Numbered from the stretch's first letter, positions 22,370 to 32,899 are shown. The stretch: DNA of 64,000 nucleotides from an uncultured Actinomycetes bacterium (GCA_963831325.1 CAWHQA010000025.1:79738-143737); one strand, 5' to 3'. Numbers and translations are program-made. Notes: a model not told the origin generated them from the letters alone.

Positions 22370-23056
22370 ATGACGACCGACGTCGGAGCGAGCGAGACAC
22401 GCCACCCGGGCGCCGACTATCTCGAAGCCCTCTACGAGCTCGAGGAAGAGCGGTTCCCGATGGTGCAGGCAGAGATCGCCCGATGGATGGGCGTGAGCCG
22501 CACCTCGGTGAGCGAACACGTCAAGCGGCTCGTCGGCGACGGACTGCTCGCGGCAGACGGACGAACCCTTACGTTCACCCGGGCCGGACGCGATATGGCG
22601 ATCCGGCTCGTCCGTCGTCACCGCCTCGCCGAGCATCTGTTGATCGATGTGATCGGACTCCCCTGGCACCAGGCGCACCAGGAGGCCGAGGTGTGGGAGC
22701 GGGTCATCTCCGCACAGGTGGAAGAGCGCCTGGTCGAGATCCTCGGCGACCCCGGAGCCTGCCCGCACGGGAATCCGATCCCCGGATCGAGCCACGAGGT
22801 CGACGTCACCGCGCTCACCGCCTTGAACGCGGTCGCTCCCGGCTCGACGGTCACCCTTCGCCGGCTGACCGAGGATCTGGAGCTCGAGCTTCCCGTGATG
22901 CGCTTCCTCGAGGAGTCCGGGTTGATGCCCGGCGCTGCGATGGTGGTCGAGGGCATCGGACCCGACGGCTCGATGCGGCTCACGGTCGCGGGCACGAGTG
23001 TCGCGCTCGGCGCCGACCTGGCCGACAACCTCTGGGTCGAACCGAACCAGATCTGA
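22370..23056 (+). CDS. DtxR/IdeR/MntR-family metal-dependent transcriptional regulator with C-terminal SH3-like (FeoA) domain
   Basis: 228 aa, alignable by eye to DtxR: YLEALYELEEE matches YLRTIYELEEE, and RRHRLAEHLLIDVIGL...HQEAEVWERVIS matches RKHRLAERLLTDIIGL...HDEACRWEHVMS. Confidence 0.85.
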   Translation: MTTDVGASETRHPGADYLEALYELEEERFPMVQAEIARWMGVSRTSVSEHVKRLVGDGLLAADGRTLTFTRAGRDMAIRLVRRHRLAEHLLIDVIGLPWHQAHQEAEVWERVISAQVEERLVEILGDPGACPHGNPIPGSSHEVDVTALTALNAVAPGSTVTLRRLTEDLELELPVMRFLEESGLMPGAAMVVEGIGPDGSMRLTVAGTSVALGADLADNLWVEPNQI

Positions 23057-23145
23057 ACGCTCCCCCGGGACACATCGTTCGTTGCCGAACGACGTTGACG
23101 CGAATCCGACTCGGTGGATAGGATTTCGCCGTTCCGGATAAGCGA

Positions 23146-23163
23146 TGTTCGGATAGCCGAACA
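23146..23163. promoter_or_regulatory. candidate operator: inverted repeat TGTTCGG-ATAG-CCGAACA just upstream of the permease RBS
   Basis: This is a perfect 7-4-7 palindrome ending immediately before AAAGGGGG and GTG 23180. Related half-sites (TTCCGGATAAGCGA, GGTGGATAGGA) lie just upstream. It does not resemble the canonical IdeR iron box. Confidence 0.35.
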
Positions 23164-23179
23164 AAGGGGGTCATCGCCG

Positions 23180-24055
23180 GTGGGTGCTGCGTTCCTGGTC
23201 GCGCTTCGAGAAGGCATCGAAGCGACGCTGATCATCTCGATCCTGCTCGCCTACCTCAAGCAGATCAACGCTTCGGATCGCCAGAACCTCGTGTGGTGGG
23301 GCACCGGGCTGGCGATCGTGGTGAGCGTACTGGTCGGCTCCGTGATCTTCATGGCCGACGCCGAGTTCGAAGGCGAGGCCGAAGAAGTGTTCGAAGGCCT
23401 CGTCACGCTGGCGGCGGTCGGTGTGCTCACATGGATGATCTTCTGGATGCGGCGTCAGGGCGCCCGGGTCAAGTCCGAGCTGCAGGAGCGCGTCGACACT
23501 GCCCTGCTGACGGGCGGCTTCGCGCTCGCGGCGCTCGCCTTCGTGGCGGTGCTCCGCGAAGGCGTCGAGACCGCCCTGTTCATCTTCGCGGCAGCCCAGG
23601 GGACGGCCGTCGATTCCGGCGGGGTTGGCGCCCAGGTGCTCGGCGCGATCCTCGGTCTCTCGGTCGCGGCGGCCCTCGGCGTGCTCCTCTATCGAGGCGG
23701 CCTCAAGCTCAACCTCCGCTCGTTCTTCCGCATCACCGGCCTGTTGCTGATCGTGGTCGCCGCCGGGTTGTTCGCATTCGCCTTGCACGAGCTGCAGGAA
23801 GCCGGATGGCTCCCGATGCTCGCCGGCACGGCATTCGACATCTCTGGGACGCTTCCCGACGACAGTGGCGTCGGAGGCATCCTCAGGGCGATCTTCGGCT
23901 ACCAGGCGAACCCGACCTGGCTCGAGCTCGCGGGTTGGTTCGGGTATCTCGTGATCGTCGGCGGGCTCTTCCTCAGATCGAGGCCTGCGACTCCGACGAG
24001 CCCACCTGTGGCGATCCCCGAGGTCGAGGAGGCCAGGACCGCGCCCAGGATCTGA
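23180..24055 (+). CDS. FTR1/EfeU-family high-affinity iron permease
   Basis: GTG 23180 follows AAAGGGGG. There are two REXXE motifs (LREGIEATLII and LREGVETALFI) and multiple TM segments. No efeO or efeB partner follows. Confidence 0.85.
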   Translation: MGAAFLVALREGIEATLIISILLAYLKQINASDRQNLVWWGTGLAIVVSVLVGSVIFMADAEFEGEAEEVFEGLVTLAAVGVLTWMIFWMRRQGARVKSELQERVDTALLTGGFALAALAFVAVLREGVETALFIFAAAQGTAVDSGGVGAQVLGAILGLSVAAALGVLLYRGGLKLNLRSFFRITGLLLIVVAAGLFAFALHELQEAGWLPMLAGTAFDISGTLPDDSGVGGILRAIFGYQANPTWLELAGWFGYLVIVGGLFLRSRPATPTSPPVAIPEVEEARTAPRI

Positions 24056-24451
24056 GACCGCACAGGCTCGTTGGCACTCTTTCCGGGGACACTGACCCAC
24101 CGCCTGACCTGCGGATCGGCCGCCAACGCCCGTGCCTGTCGCTCTGTTCGAGTTGACAGGTCTCAACCTCGCGTTTATCGTTCGCGACGGTCCCGCGAGG
24201 CCGCGGGCAGTTCGGGAAACCGGACCGGCCAGGTCGCACGGGACCGCAGCTTGACGGGCCGCGATGCTCGACAGGGAACGATCGCGTATGGGGAAGGCGT
24301 GATCGAACCCGAGGGGCGTCGCGGCCCGTCATCTGTTTCCAGGGTCCGGTGTCCACCCACCCGCAACCCCGGGTCGAGACTTCCACAGGTGACGCCTGGA
24401 CCCTGAACCACGGCTGGAGCCCTGCGCCTCGAGCGGTGAGGAGGCGGTCGC

Positions 24452-25215
<764 letters not shown>

Positions 25216-25219
<4 letters not shown>

Positions 25220-26229
25220 TGTCCCTGCCCCGGAAGCTCGGGTCCACCGGCCAGCCGTCGCTCTCGACCCGACCATGCCGGCACGTCTCCTCCATGCCCG
25301 CCGTGCGCCACCGGACTCGTAGAACTTCTTGCGTCTCGGTGAGTCGTCGCTTCCGCGCACGTAGCCCTTGCCGATCCGCCGTTCGAGCCTGCCCTGGAAG
25401 AACGTGAAGATCGCCGTGAGCGCCCAGTACAGCCCGCCGCCAGCGAGGTAGGCCTCCAGCGGGAAGGAAGTCGCGCCTGCCCGACGAGCTGGGCCCGGCG
25501 GAAGATCTCCTCCTGGCCGACCGTGGCGCCGATGAACGACTGACGAGAGCAGTGTCCTTCAGCATCGCGATGAACTCGTTGCCGGTCGGCGGGATGATCA
25601 CGCGGAAAGCCTGGGGCAAGCACGACCCGCTTCATCTTCTGCCGATAGGTCATGCCGAGAGCGTCGGCCGCCTCGGACTGGCCGTGGCTCACCGACTGGA
25701 TGCCCGCGCGGAAGATCTCCGTCATGTACGCGCCGTAGTTGAGGCCCGAGCGCGACGATCCCCGCCACCAAGCGATCGAAACGTAAGGAGATCCTCGACC
25801 CAGCTGGCGGAGAGTCCGAGATTGCCGGCCACGACCGGGCAAGCGCGAACGCGATCAGGAAGAGCTGCACGATCAGCGGCGTGCCCCGGAAGAACGACGT
25901 ATAGAAGCCGGAGACGCCGATAGGCGATCGGGTTCGGCGAGAGCCGCCCGAGCGCGCCGAACAGCGCCAGCAGGACGGCGAGGACGATGCCGCCCACCGC
26001 GATGATCGACGGTGTACACCAGGCCCCGGACGACGTAGTCCGCGCTGTCCCGCATGAACTGCGTGTTGAAGTCGGCGGCGGCGAACAGCGCACCGAGAAC
26101 GATGAAGATCACGATCCAGACGATCGCGACCTTCAGCCGGAACGGCACCCTCGCGCTCGCCTGCGCCAAGCCCTCCATGCTGCCCCTGGTGAGGCCGTGG
26201 GCGGGGGGCCGGGTTGCCCCGGCCCCCAT
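25216..26229 (-). pseudogene. amino-acid ABC transporter permease, heavily frameshifted
   Basis: Family-typical pieces are scattered over ORFs 25873..26526 (RVPFRLKVAIVWIVIFIVLGALFAAADF), 25722..26093 (PSIIAVGGIVLAVLLALFGALGRLSPNPIAY), 25598..25870, 25216..25842 ([42 protein letters not shown]) and 25200..25619 ([26 protein letters not shown]). The tail LERRIGKGY is in the ATPase frame. Confidence 0.75.
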
Positions 26230-26255
26230 CTCGTGTGTCGCCACGCGGCCCCCCG

Positions 26256-27203
26256 TCATCGCTCGGTTCGTTCCGGGTCGATCAGGCCGTCGCTGTCGAC
26301 CGTGAGGTCTTCTCCGAACCATTCCATCGAGAACTCGGTCAACGTGCCATCGGCGTGCATCTCCTCGATGATGCCCGGAGACCGCCTCGACGAGCGCGGT
26401 CTGGTCGAGCTCCGAGGACTTGTCGATCGCCACCGACAGCGGCTCGAAGAACAGCGGGTCGCCGAGCAACGTCATCGGCCGTCCCTTGTCGATCGCCGAT
26501 TGCAGCGTCGGCGTCGCCGACATCACGGCGTCGACCTGCCCGGACTCGCAGCGCCTGGATGGCGGTGGAGTCGGTGTCGAAGCCCTTGATGACGGGGTCG
26601 GCGATGGGAGACTCGAACGTGAAGCCGGGGATGTCTAGCGTGCCCTGCAGGAAGAAGTCGTACGTGCACCCCGCGCAGACGCCGATCGTCCTGCCGGTCA
26701 GCTGGTCGACCGAGGTGATCTCGCTTTCCTCGGGGACCGCGACCGACGCCGGCGTGAAGTAGTAGGCCGGCGTGAAGTCCAGCACCTCTGCCCGCTCCTT
26801 CGTCACGGTCATCGAGCCCACGCTCATGTCCCAGCGAGCCTGCCAGTTTCCGGCGGTGATCGCCTCCCATTTCGGGCGTCGCCCATGCGATCTCGACGCC
26901 GAGGCGGTCCGCGATCTCGGTCGCGACGTCGATGTCGAAGCCCTCGTACTCCCCGGTCTCCGGGTTCAGCGACGACTGCGGCGGATACGAGGGGTCGGTC
27001 GAGACCGTGATCACGCCTTCCTTGCAGATCTGGGCGAGCAGATCACCGGCGGCGGTGTCGGCGTCTGCACACGCGCCTTCGGCTGCTGTCGTGCCTCCGT
27101 CGTCTGCGGCGCGGGGTCGGCTCGTCGCTTCCGCACGCTGCTGCCACGAGTGACAGCGCGGCCATGAGCACGAGGATCGACCTGAATCGGAACTTGCGCA
27201 TCT
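26256..27203 (-). pseudogene. amino-acid ABC substrate-binding lipoprotein, frameshifted
   Basis: ATG 27203 gives MRKFRFRSILVLMAALSLVAAAC (lipobox). The pieces are GVITVSTDPSYPPQSSLNPETGEYEGFDIDVATEIADRLGVEI (ORF 26523..27275), SVGSMTVTKERAEVLDFTPAYYFTPAS (26339..26827) and SATPTLQSAIDKGRPMTLLGDPLFFEPLSVAIDK (25873..26526). The tail ...DGLIDPERTER-stop ends at 26256. Confidence 0.75.
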
Positions 27204-27319
27204 TGCCTCCCTTTCCAGAGGGAACGCGACTGGGCGCCCCTCGCGGACTATAGGACCCGGGGAGCCTGCGGGCAACGCGGCCGTTCGGTCTCCCCGCTTG
27301 GACTACGCATGGCGGAGCT

Positions 27320-28504
27320 TCAGGGTTTCAGCATCGTCGCGCCGGAAGCAGGCAGCCAGCGGGTGCCGGCGGCCACGAACAGCTCCGCGTCGATGCCGCT
27401 GGGCTCGCCGTCGGCGTCGAACGTGTAGGTGCGCGCGACGCCGCCGTACGCGATGAGGGACCGGAACATCGTCCGCATCGTCGGCTCGGGTCGTCGCTCC
27501 CGACGTGAGCGCGTCCGCCACGATCCGGCCCGCGTCCCAGGCTTCCGCGGCGTAGATGCCGGGGGTCAGACCGTGCTCGGACTGGTAGACGTTCAGGAAC
27601 CGGCGGCTCGCGAGGTCAAGCTGCACGGAGACATCGACACACGGGCACGCACCGAGCCCACCACGACGCCGTCGCCTGCAGGGGATGTGGGCGGGATCGC
27701 GGTCTTCAGGGCATCGCCCGCGAGGTCCACCGGCCTGCCACGGCTGGTGCCGGTCTCGCGCATCGCCCGAGCAAGATCTCGAGCTCCCGGCGGGAAGCCG
27801 CCCCAGACCACCACGCGACACCCCGACGTCGCCACCTCGTCGGCGGCCGCTGCCGAGTCGACACCGTCGATCACGATCGACGGCAGTGCGCCCAGCAGCG
27901 GTTCGATGTCGCTCCACCAGACGCGTGCCGTATTCGCTGCCGTCGCTCACGAGGCAGACCGCCTGCGTCGCGTCTCCCGGCGAAGCTGGCCGATGGTCTC
28001 GGCGAGCAGCTGCGCCTCTGTCGCTCGGTCGGGCACGAACCGACGCCAGAGCTCCGCGGCCTCACCGGGCATCGAGGCATCCGACATCCATGGTGACGCA
28101 CTGACGGGCGACAAGCTCATGGTCGGCACGCCGGCCTCGGCGAGCACGCGAGCGACCTCCTGCGGTTCGTGCCAGAACGGGGCAGATGAGGGCCAGCACG
28201 TACGCGGGGTCGGCCGCCACCTCGCTGGCCATCCTGATGGCGGTTGTCGCCTCTGTTCCTGCATCGAGCTGGACCACCTCGACGGCGATGCCTCGAGCCT
28301 CGATGACCCGTCGCTGCATCACGGTGTCGAACGCTAGGTACGAGGGTGACACCAGGTCGACGTGATCGGGCACCGAGAGTGTCCTGGAAGAAGGCGATCT
28401 TCATCGTCGGCTCCTCGCTGATGTCGGTCCGCGAGCACGCGGCGAGCACCGTGAGGAGCACCGCGAGCGAGATCGAGGACCGCAGATCGAAGGGAGCGGG
28501 TCAC
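27320..28504 (-). pseudogene. branched-chain amino-acid-type (type 1 periplasmic binding fold) substrate-binding lipoprotein, multiply frameshifted
   Basis: The pieces are lipobox LLTVLAAC then KIAFFQDTL (ORF 28117..28461), PDHVDLVSPSYLAFDTVMQRRVIEARGIAVEVVQLDAG (28062..28373), VIDGVDSAAAADEVATSGCRVVVWGGFPPGARDLARAM (27593..27874) and FLNVYQSEHGLTPGIYAAEAWDAGRIVADAL (27303..27950). The tail TYTFDADGEPSG...MLKP-stop ends at 27320. The start is approximate. Confidence 0.65.
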
Positions 28505-28536
28505 GGGCGGGCGGCCGATAGTCTATGGAGGCTCCG

Positions 28537-28620
28537 GCCGGGATGGCGGAACTGGCAGACGCGCGGGACTCAAAATCCCGTGGGCTTCGGCCCGTGAGGG
28601 TTCGACCCCCTCTCCCGGCA
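28537..28620 (+). tRNA. tRNA-Leu (anticodon CAA)
   Basis: Manual fold of the 84 nt sequence:
- acceptor GCCGGGA pairs with TCCCGGC, with discriminator A;
- anticodon stem CGGGA pairs with TCCCG, with loop CTCAAAA;
- long variable arm GGGC-TTCG-GCCC;
- T arm GAGGG-TTCGACC-CCCTC.
No CCA is encoded. Confidence 0.9.
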
Positions 28621-28636
28621 CGAACGGCGCAGCTCG

Positions 28637-29559
28637 TCACATCGTGGCGGACAGCGCGTCGGCCACCGCGAGATCCTCGAAAGCCAATCCCACCGACTCG
28701 AACAGCGTGGTGTCGTCGGGGTCCAGTCGCACCTGGGCGCCTCGCAGGACTTCCTGCAGGTCGGCGACGATGTGGTCGTCGGGCACGAGGCCCTCGCCGA
28801 TGGGGATCAGCAGATCGCCCGCCTCTTCCATCGCGGCCTCACGGGTCTCGACGACCACGCGCGACCGACGAACGGTCTCGGAGTCCAGCTCGCGAGTGTG
28901 CGGCTGGTAGGCGCCCACCGCGTTCACGTGGGCGCCGGCCGCGAGCGAATCGCCCTCGAACAGCGGCTCGGTCGCTGTCGTGCAGGTGCAGACGATGTCG
29001 GCCGCTCCGCACCGCCGCCGGCTCACCGAGCGTGGCGTCGATGCCCATTGCCCACAGCGAGACCGACGAGCTCCTCGGCTCGTGCTTGCGTTCGACTCAC
29101 GACCGTCAGCTCGCGCAAGGGCCGCACCGCCGCCATCGCCTGAAGGTGGGCGCGGGCCTGCACGCCTGCCCCGAAGATCACGAGCCGGCTCGCATCGGTG
29201 CGAGCCAGGTGGCGGGTCGCGAGCCCGCTCACCGCGGCGGTGCGCAACGCTGTGAGCGCGGACCCGTCGATCAGCAGGCGGGGCGCCTGGGTCTCGGGGT
29301 CGAAGAGCACGTAGATCGCATGGATCAGCGGCAGCCCCCGCTCGGGATTCGCCTCCGTCAGCGTCACGAGCTTCACGCCCACGCCGGCCTTCCCCACCGC
29401 CGGCATGAGCAAGAGGGCGCCCGCGGGCGTGTCGACGTGTGAGCGCAAGGGGGTGGTCGACGGATCCCCATCTCGGAAAGCCGTCTCGAGGGCGTCGATG
29501 GCGGCTTCCATCGGGACTCGGCGAGCAAGCTCGTCGGCGTCGACGAAGGGCACCGGCAC
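28637..29559 (-). pseudogene. ornithine cyclodeaminase / mu-crystallin family protein, two frameshifts
   Basis: The N-terminal part is ORF 29023..29559 (..LTALRTAAVSGLATRHLA..LVIFGAGVQA). A short piece GIDATLGEPAAV is in ORF 28839..29048. The C-terminal part is ORF 28637..29026 (AADIVCTCTTATEPLFEG...HVNAVGAY). Confidence 0.75.
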
Positions 29560-29568
29560 CGCGAACCT

Positions 29569-30333
29569 CTAGAGCTCGCCTAGGTAGGCCTGGCGCATCT
29601 GCGGATCGTTGAGCAGCGCTTCGGCGGTGCCCGAGAGCACGACCTCGCCCGTCTGGATCACGTAGCCGCGGTCGGCGATGCGCAGCGCCATGTTCGCGTT
29701 CTGCTCCACGACGAACACGGTGCGCCCGAGCTCCCGGATCTTCTGGATGATCTCGAAGACCTGCTCCACGAGCACCGGCGCGAGCCCCATCGACGGCTCG
29801 TCCATGAGCAGCACCTTCGGATCGGCCATGAGCGCCCGGCCCATCGCCACCATCTGCTGCTCGCCGCCCGAGAGCGTGCCCGCCTTCTGCTTCAGGCGCT
29901 CGCGCACGCGCGGGAAGGTCTCGAGCACCTGCTCGCGATCGCGACCCACACCGTCCTTGTCCGAGCGCAGGTAGGCGCCGAGCTGCAGGTTCTCGTCGAC
30001 GGTCATATCGCCGAACAGGCGCCGATTCTCCGGCACCATGGAGATGCCGCGCTGCACGATCTGCGAGGTGGGCAGACCCGAGATCGCCTCGCCTTCGAAC
30101 ACCACCTCGCCGGCCGAAGGCGTCACGTAGCCGAGGATGGTCTTCAACGTGGTGCTCTTGCCGCTTGCGTTGCCGCCCAGCAGGCAGACCATCTCGCCGG
30201 GGAAGATCTGCATGTCGACGTCGCGGAGCACCGCGACCAATCCGTAGTGGGTCGAGACGTTGCGGAGCTCCAACACGGGTGTGCGATCGTCGGCAGCGCC
30301 GTCGTCGACACGATCTGTGGCGACGCTACTCAT
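29569..30333 (-). CDS. livF: branched-chain amino-acid ABC transporter ATP-binding protein
   Basis: 254 aa intact ORF with GGNASGKSTTLK, LSGGEQQMVAMGRAL and LLMDEPSMGLAP. It is the last gene of a liv-type operon. Confidence 0.9.
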   Translation of the reverse strand: MSSVATDRVDDGAADDRTPVLELRNVSTHYGLVAVLRDVDMQIFPGEMVCLLGGNASGKSTTLKTILGYVTPSAGEVVFEGEAISGLPTSQIVQRGISMVPENRRLFGDMTVDENLQLGAYLRSDKDGVGRDREQVLETFPRVRERLKQKAGTLSGGEQQMVAMGRALMADPKVLLMDEPSMGLAPVLVEQVFEIIQKIRELGRTVFVVEQNANMALRIADRGYVIQTGEVVLSGTAEALLNDPQMRQAYLGEL

Positions 30334-31121
30334 CCGAGCTCCTCGTGTCTGCGACCGAGATAGGCCTCGACCACCTGCTCGTCATTGGCGACATGCTCGT
30401 AGGTGCCCTCGGCGATCTTGCGTCCGTAGTCGCACGCGACCACGCGATCGGATACACCCTTCACGACGCGCATGTCGTGTTCGATCACCAAGACCGTGAG
30501 ACCGAGCTCGTCGCGCATGCGCACGATGTGGTCTCGCAGCTCGAGCGTCTCTCGCGGGTTCATGCCGGCCGTCGGCTCGTCGAGCAACATCATCGTCGGG
30601 TCGGTGGCGAGCGCTCTCGCCATCTCGAGACGGCGCCGGTTCGCGTAGGAGAGCATGAAGGCCGACTGATCCTGGCGGTACCCGGCGAGGCGTGATCCGA
30701 AGAACCCCAGACATTCCTCGGCGCGGGTGCGGATCGCGGCTTCCTCCCGCCGCACGGCGGGCGGGCGGAAGATCGCGCCGAACACACCTGCCTTGCTGCG
30801 GGAGTGCTGGCCGACCATCGCGTTCTCGAGGACGGTCATGTTCGGGAACAGGTGCACGTTCTGGAAGGTGCGCGCGATGCCCGCCCGGGTGATGCGGTTC
30901 GGCGAGAACCCCACGATGCTCTGGCCGCGGAACCGCACGTCACCCTCGTCGGGCGGGTAGAGACCGGTGATCACGTTGAACACCGTGGATTTGCCGGCCC
31001 CGTTCGGGCCGATCACCGAGACGATCTCCCCCTCGGCCACCTCGAACGACAGATCGTTGAGCGCGCTGAGGCCTCCGAAGCGCTTCGTGACGCCGTCGAC
31101 CTCCAGCAGCGCGGGGCTCAC
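30330..31121 (-). CDS. livG: branched-chain amino-acid ABC transporter ATP-binding protein
   Basis: 263 aa intact ORF with GPNGAGKSTVFN and LSYANRRRLEMARALATDPTMMLLDEPTAGMNP. It has 4-nt overlaps with both neighbours. Confidence 0.9.
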   Translation of the reverse strand: MSPALLEVDGVTKRFGGLSALNDLSFEVAEGEIVSVIGPNGAGKSTVFNVITGLYPPDEGDVRFRGQSIVGFSPNRITRAGIARTFQNVHLFPNMTVLENAMVGQHSRSKAGVFGAIFRPPAVRREEAAIRTRAEECLGFFGSRLAGYRQDQSAFMLSYANRRRLEMARALATDPTMMLLDEPTAGMNPRETLELRDHIVRMRDELGLTVLVIEHDMRVVKGVSDRVVACDYGRKIAEGTYEHVANDEQVVEAYLGRRHEELG

Positions 31122-32899
31122 CCTGCCCCCTCCCCCACGGGCGTCGCGGGAGGCGCTCCGGGCTCATCGGTGACCGCGTCCCGGACCCATCGATCCTGGT
31201 CTCGCTCGTCCTCGTGCAGCTCACGGCTGCGCCGCACGTTCGGGATGAGTCCTTCGGGACGCAGCAGCATCACGGCGACCACCGCGGCGCCATAGGCGAG
31301 TAGCCGGTACTCCTCGAACTCACGCAGCAGGCCCGGCAGACCGACGAGCACGAGCGAGCCTGTGATCACGCCCGGAAGGCTGCCGATACCCCCGAGGATG
31401 ACGATGCCGAGCACCTGGATCGAGACGAGCACCTGGAAGCTCGCCGGCGTGAGCGACCCGATCTTCACAGCGAACAAGGCTCCCCCGACCGAGCCGATCG
31501 CGCCGCCGATCGCGAACGCGAGCAGCTTGTACGAGGTCGTGCTCACTCCCATCGCATCGGCCACCTGCTCGTCCTCACGCAGCGCGGTCCACGCCCGGCC
31601 CACTCGCGAGTTCGCGAGCCGCCACGAGACGAACAGCGCCAGCAACACGAAGGCGAACGCCAAGTAGTAGAAGTGCTTCGGGTCGCGGAACCCGAAGTCG
31701 CCGATCGCGGCGTTCGTGATGTCGCGCATGCCCTGTGGCCCTCCGACCAGCGGTTCCAACCACGGACTCGTGACGAGCACGACGATCATCTCGCCCAGGC
31801 CGAGGGTGACGAGGGCTAGGTAGTCGCCGCGCAGTCGGAGGACCGGTGCCCCGATCAACACACCTGCCCCCGCCGCGATCAGCACCACGATCGGGATGGC
31901 CACGTAGAAGTTCAGGTTCGCGACGAGCGCGGGCTCCGACGATCCGATGAACGTGTTCAACGTCGCGCCTGTGAGCAGAGCAAGCGAGTACGCGCCGAGC
32001 GTGAAGAAGAAGACGTATCCGAGGTCGAGCAACCCAGCGTAGCCAACCACGATATTGAGTCCGAGACCCAGCAGCGCGAAGACCATGACGGTACCGAGCA
32101 CCTCTGAGATCACCGATCCAAGCACGTGTGGCGCGATCAGCACCACGGCGAGCGCGATCAGCATCAACACGAAGCTCAGGGGGGTGAGGCGCTGTCCGTG
32201 GGAAGATTCATCTCGACGGGCGCCGATCGCCGCTCGCATCGCAGCTCCTTTGCGATCCTTCAGCACCGAGGCACCAGCAGCCACCACGGCGATCACGACT
32301 GCCCCGAGCCACGTGAGCCCGCCGGTGACCTTGCTGTAGAGCCAGTCGCGCTCCACCCCGAGTTGGTCGAGTGCGATCGGGACGATGCGCTGCAAGAAGC
32401 CGAAGAGCAGCGTCACCCACACCGCAGTGCCCAGCGGACGGCGGACCGTGTCGGGCAGCCCGCGGTACGTGGCTCCGGCGGCGCCCGCGATGGCCGAGAT
32501 GACCACGATCACCGCAGCGGCAGGGACCGCCGCGCGACCCCCGGTCAAGTAGTCCATCAATGTCGGTGAGACATTCAGCAGGACGACGCGAACACGCTCG
32601 ACCCCGAAGACATCGACGAAGACGACGAACGCTCCGAAGACGACGCCTGCCGTCGCGCCGGCGACGGCGCCCAACACGGCTGCCCTCGGGCGGGCCAACT
32701 CCACGAGTTGCCCAGCCGCGACCTTGGGCAGGGTGGCGACGAATCCAGCGACAAGCGGCGGTGACACGAGCATCAGCTGCGCGAACGTGACTTCTTCACC
32801 GATCAGGTTGAGCTCGGTGAAGTTGCCGATCAACCCGACCGCAGCGAGGAAGATCGTGACGATCCCCGCGACCACACCGATGCGCAAGCAGCCGCGCAT
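31118..32899 (-). CDS. livM: branched-chain amino-acid ABC transporter permease with an extra N-terminal membrane domain
   Basis: 593 aa. The LivM-like core starts at about residue 240 (LGLNIVVGYAGLLDLGYVFFF). It is preceded by about 235 aa of additional hydrophobic segments. Confidence 0.85.
   Translation of the reverse strand: MRGCLRIGVVAGIVTIFLAAVGLIGNFTELNLIGEEVTFAQLMLVSPPLVAGFVATLPKVAAGQLVELARPRAAVLGAVAGATAGVVFGAFVVFVDVFGVERVRVVLLNVSPTLMDYLTGGRAAVPAAAVIVVISAIAGAAGATYRGLPDTVRRPLGTAVWVTLLFGFLQRIVPIALDQLGVERDWLYSKVTGGLTWLGAVVIAVVAAGASVLKDRKGAAMRAAIGARRDESSHGQRLTPLSFVLMLIALAVVLIAPHVLGSVISEVLGTVMVFALLGLGLNIVVGYAGLLDLGYVFFFTLGAYSLALLTGATLNTFIGSSEPALVANLNFYVAIPIVVLIAAGAGVLIGAPVLRLRGDYLALVTLGLGEMIVVLVTSPWLEPLVGGPQGMRDITNAAIGDFGFRDPKHFYYLAFAFVLLALFVSWRLANSRVGRAWTALREDEQVADAMGVSTTSYKLLAFAIGGAIGSVGGALFAVKIGSLTPASFQVLVSIQVLGIVILGGIGSLPGVITGSLVLVGLPGLLREFEEYRLLAYGAAVVAVMLLRPEGLIPNVRRSRELHEDERDQDRWVRDAVTDEPGAPPATPVGEGAG

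Noticed and set aside
23057-23179. A canonical IdeR/DtxR iron box (TTAGGTTAGGCTAACCTAA-like) between the regulator and the iron permease, and in the polA-regulator spacer (22347-22369).
   Set aside because: No sequence resembling the 19 bp consensus is present. Only the unrelated TGTTCGG-N4-CCGAACA palindrome was found, and it is reported separately.
24056-24451. I checked whether the structured spacer is a known RNA: RNase P RNA, SRP/4.5S RNA, tmRNA, cobalamin riboswitch or yybP-ykoY Mn riboswitch.
   Set aside because: I could not find the diagnostic motifs in the right order on either strand. These were GAGGAAAGTCCGG for RNase P, the GGTCCGGAAGGAAGCAGCC-type helix 8 for SRP, the B12 box, and GGGGAGTAG followed by TTGACATA for yybP-ykoY. 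The spacer is also downstream of both flanking genes, so a cis-riboswitch role is unlikely. It is kept only as an unassigned structured region.
28461-28700. A possible integrated element next to tRNA-Leu, since tRNA genes are common integration sites.
   Set aside because: There is no integrase, recombinase or phage-like ORF on either side, and I could not see a direct repeat of the tRNA 3' end. The neighbours are ordinary metabolic and transport genes.
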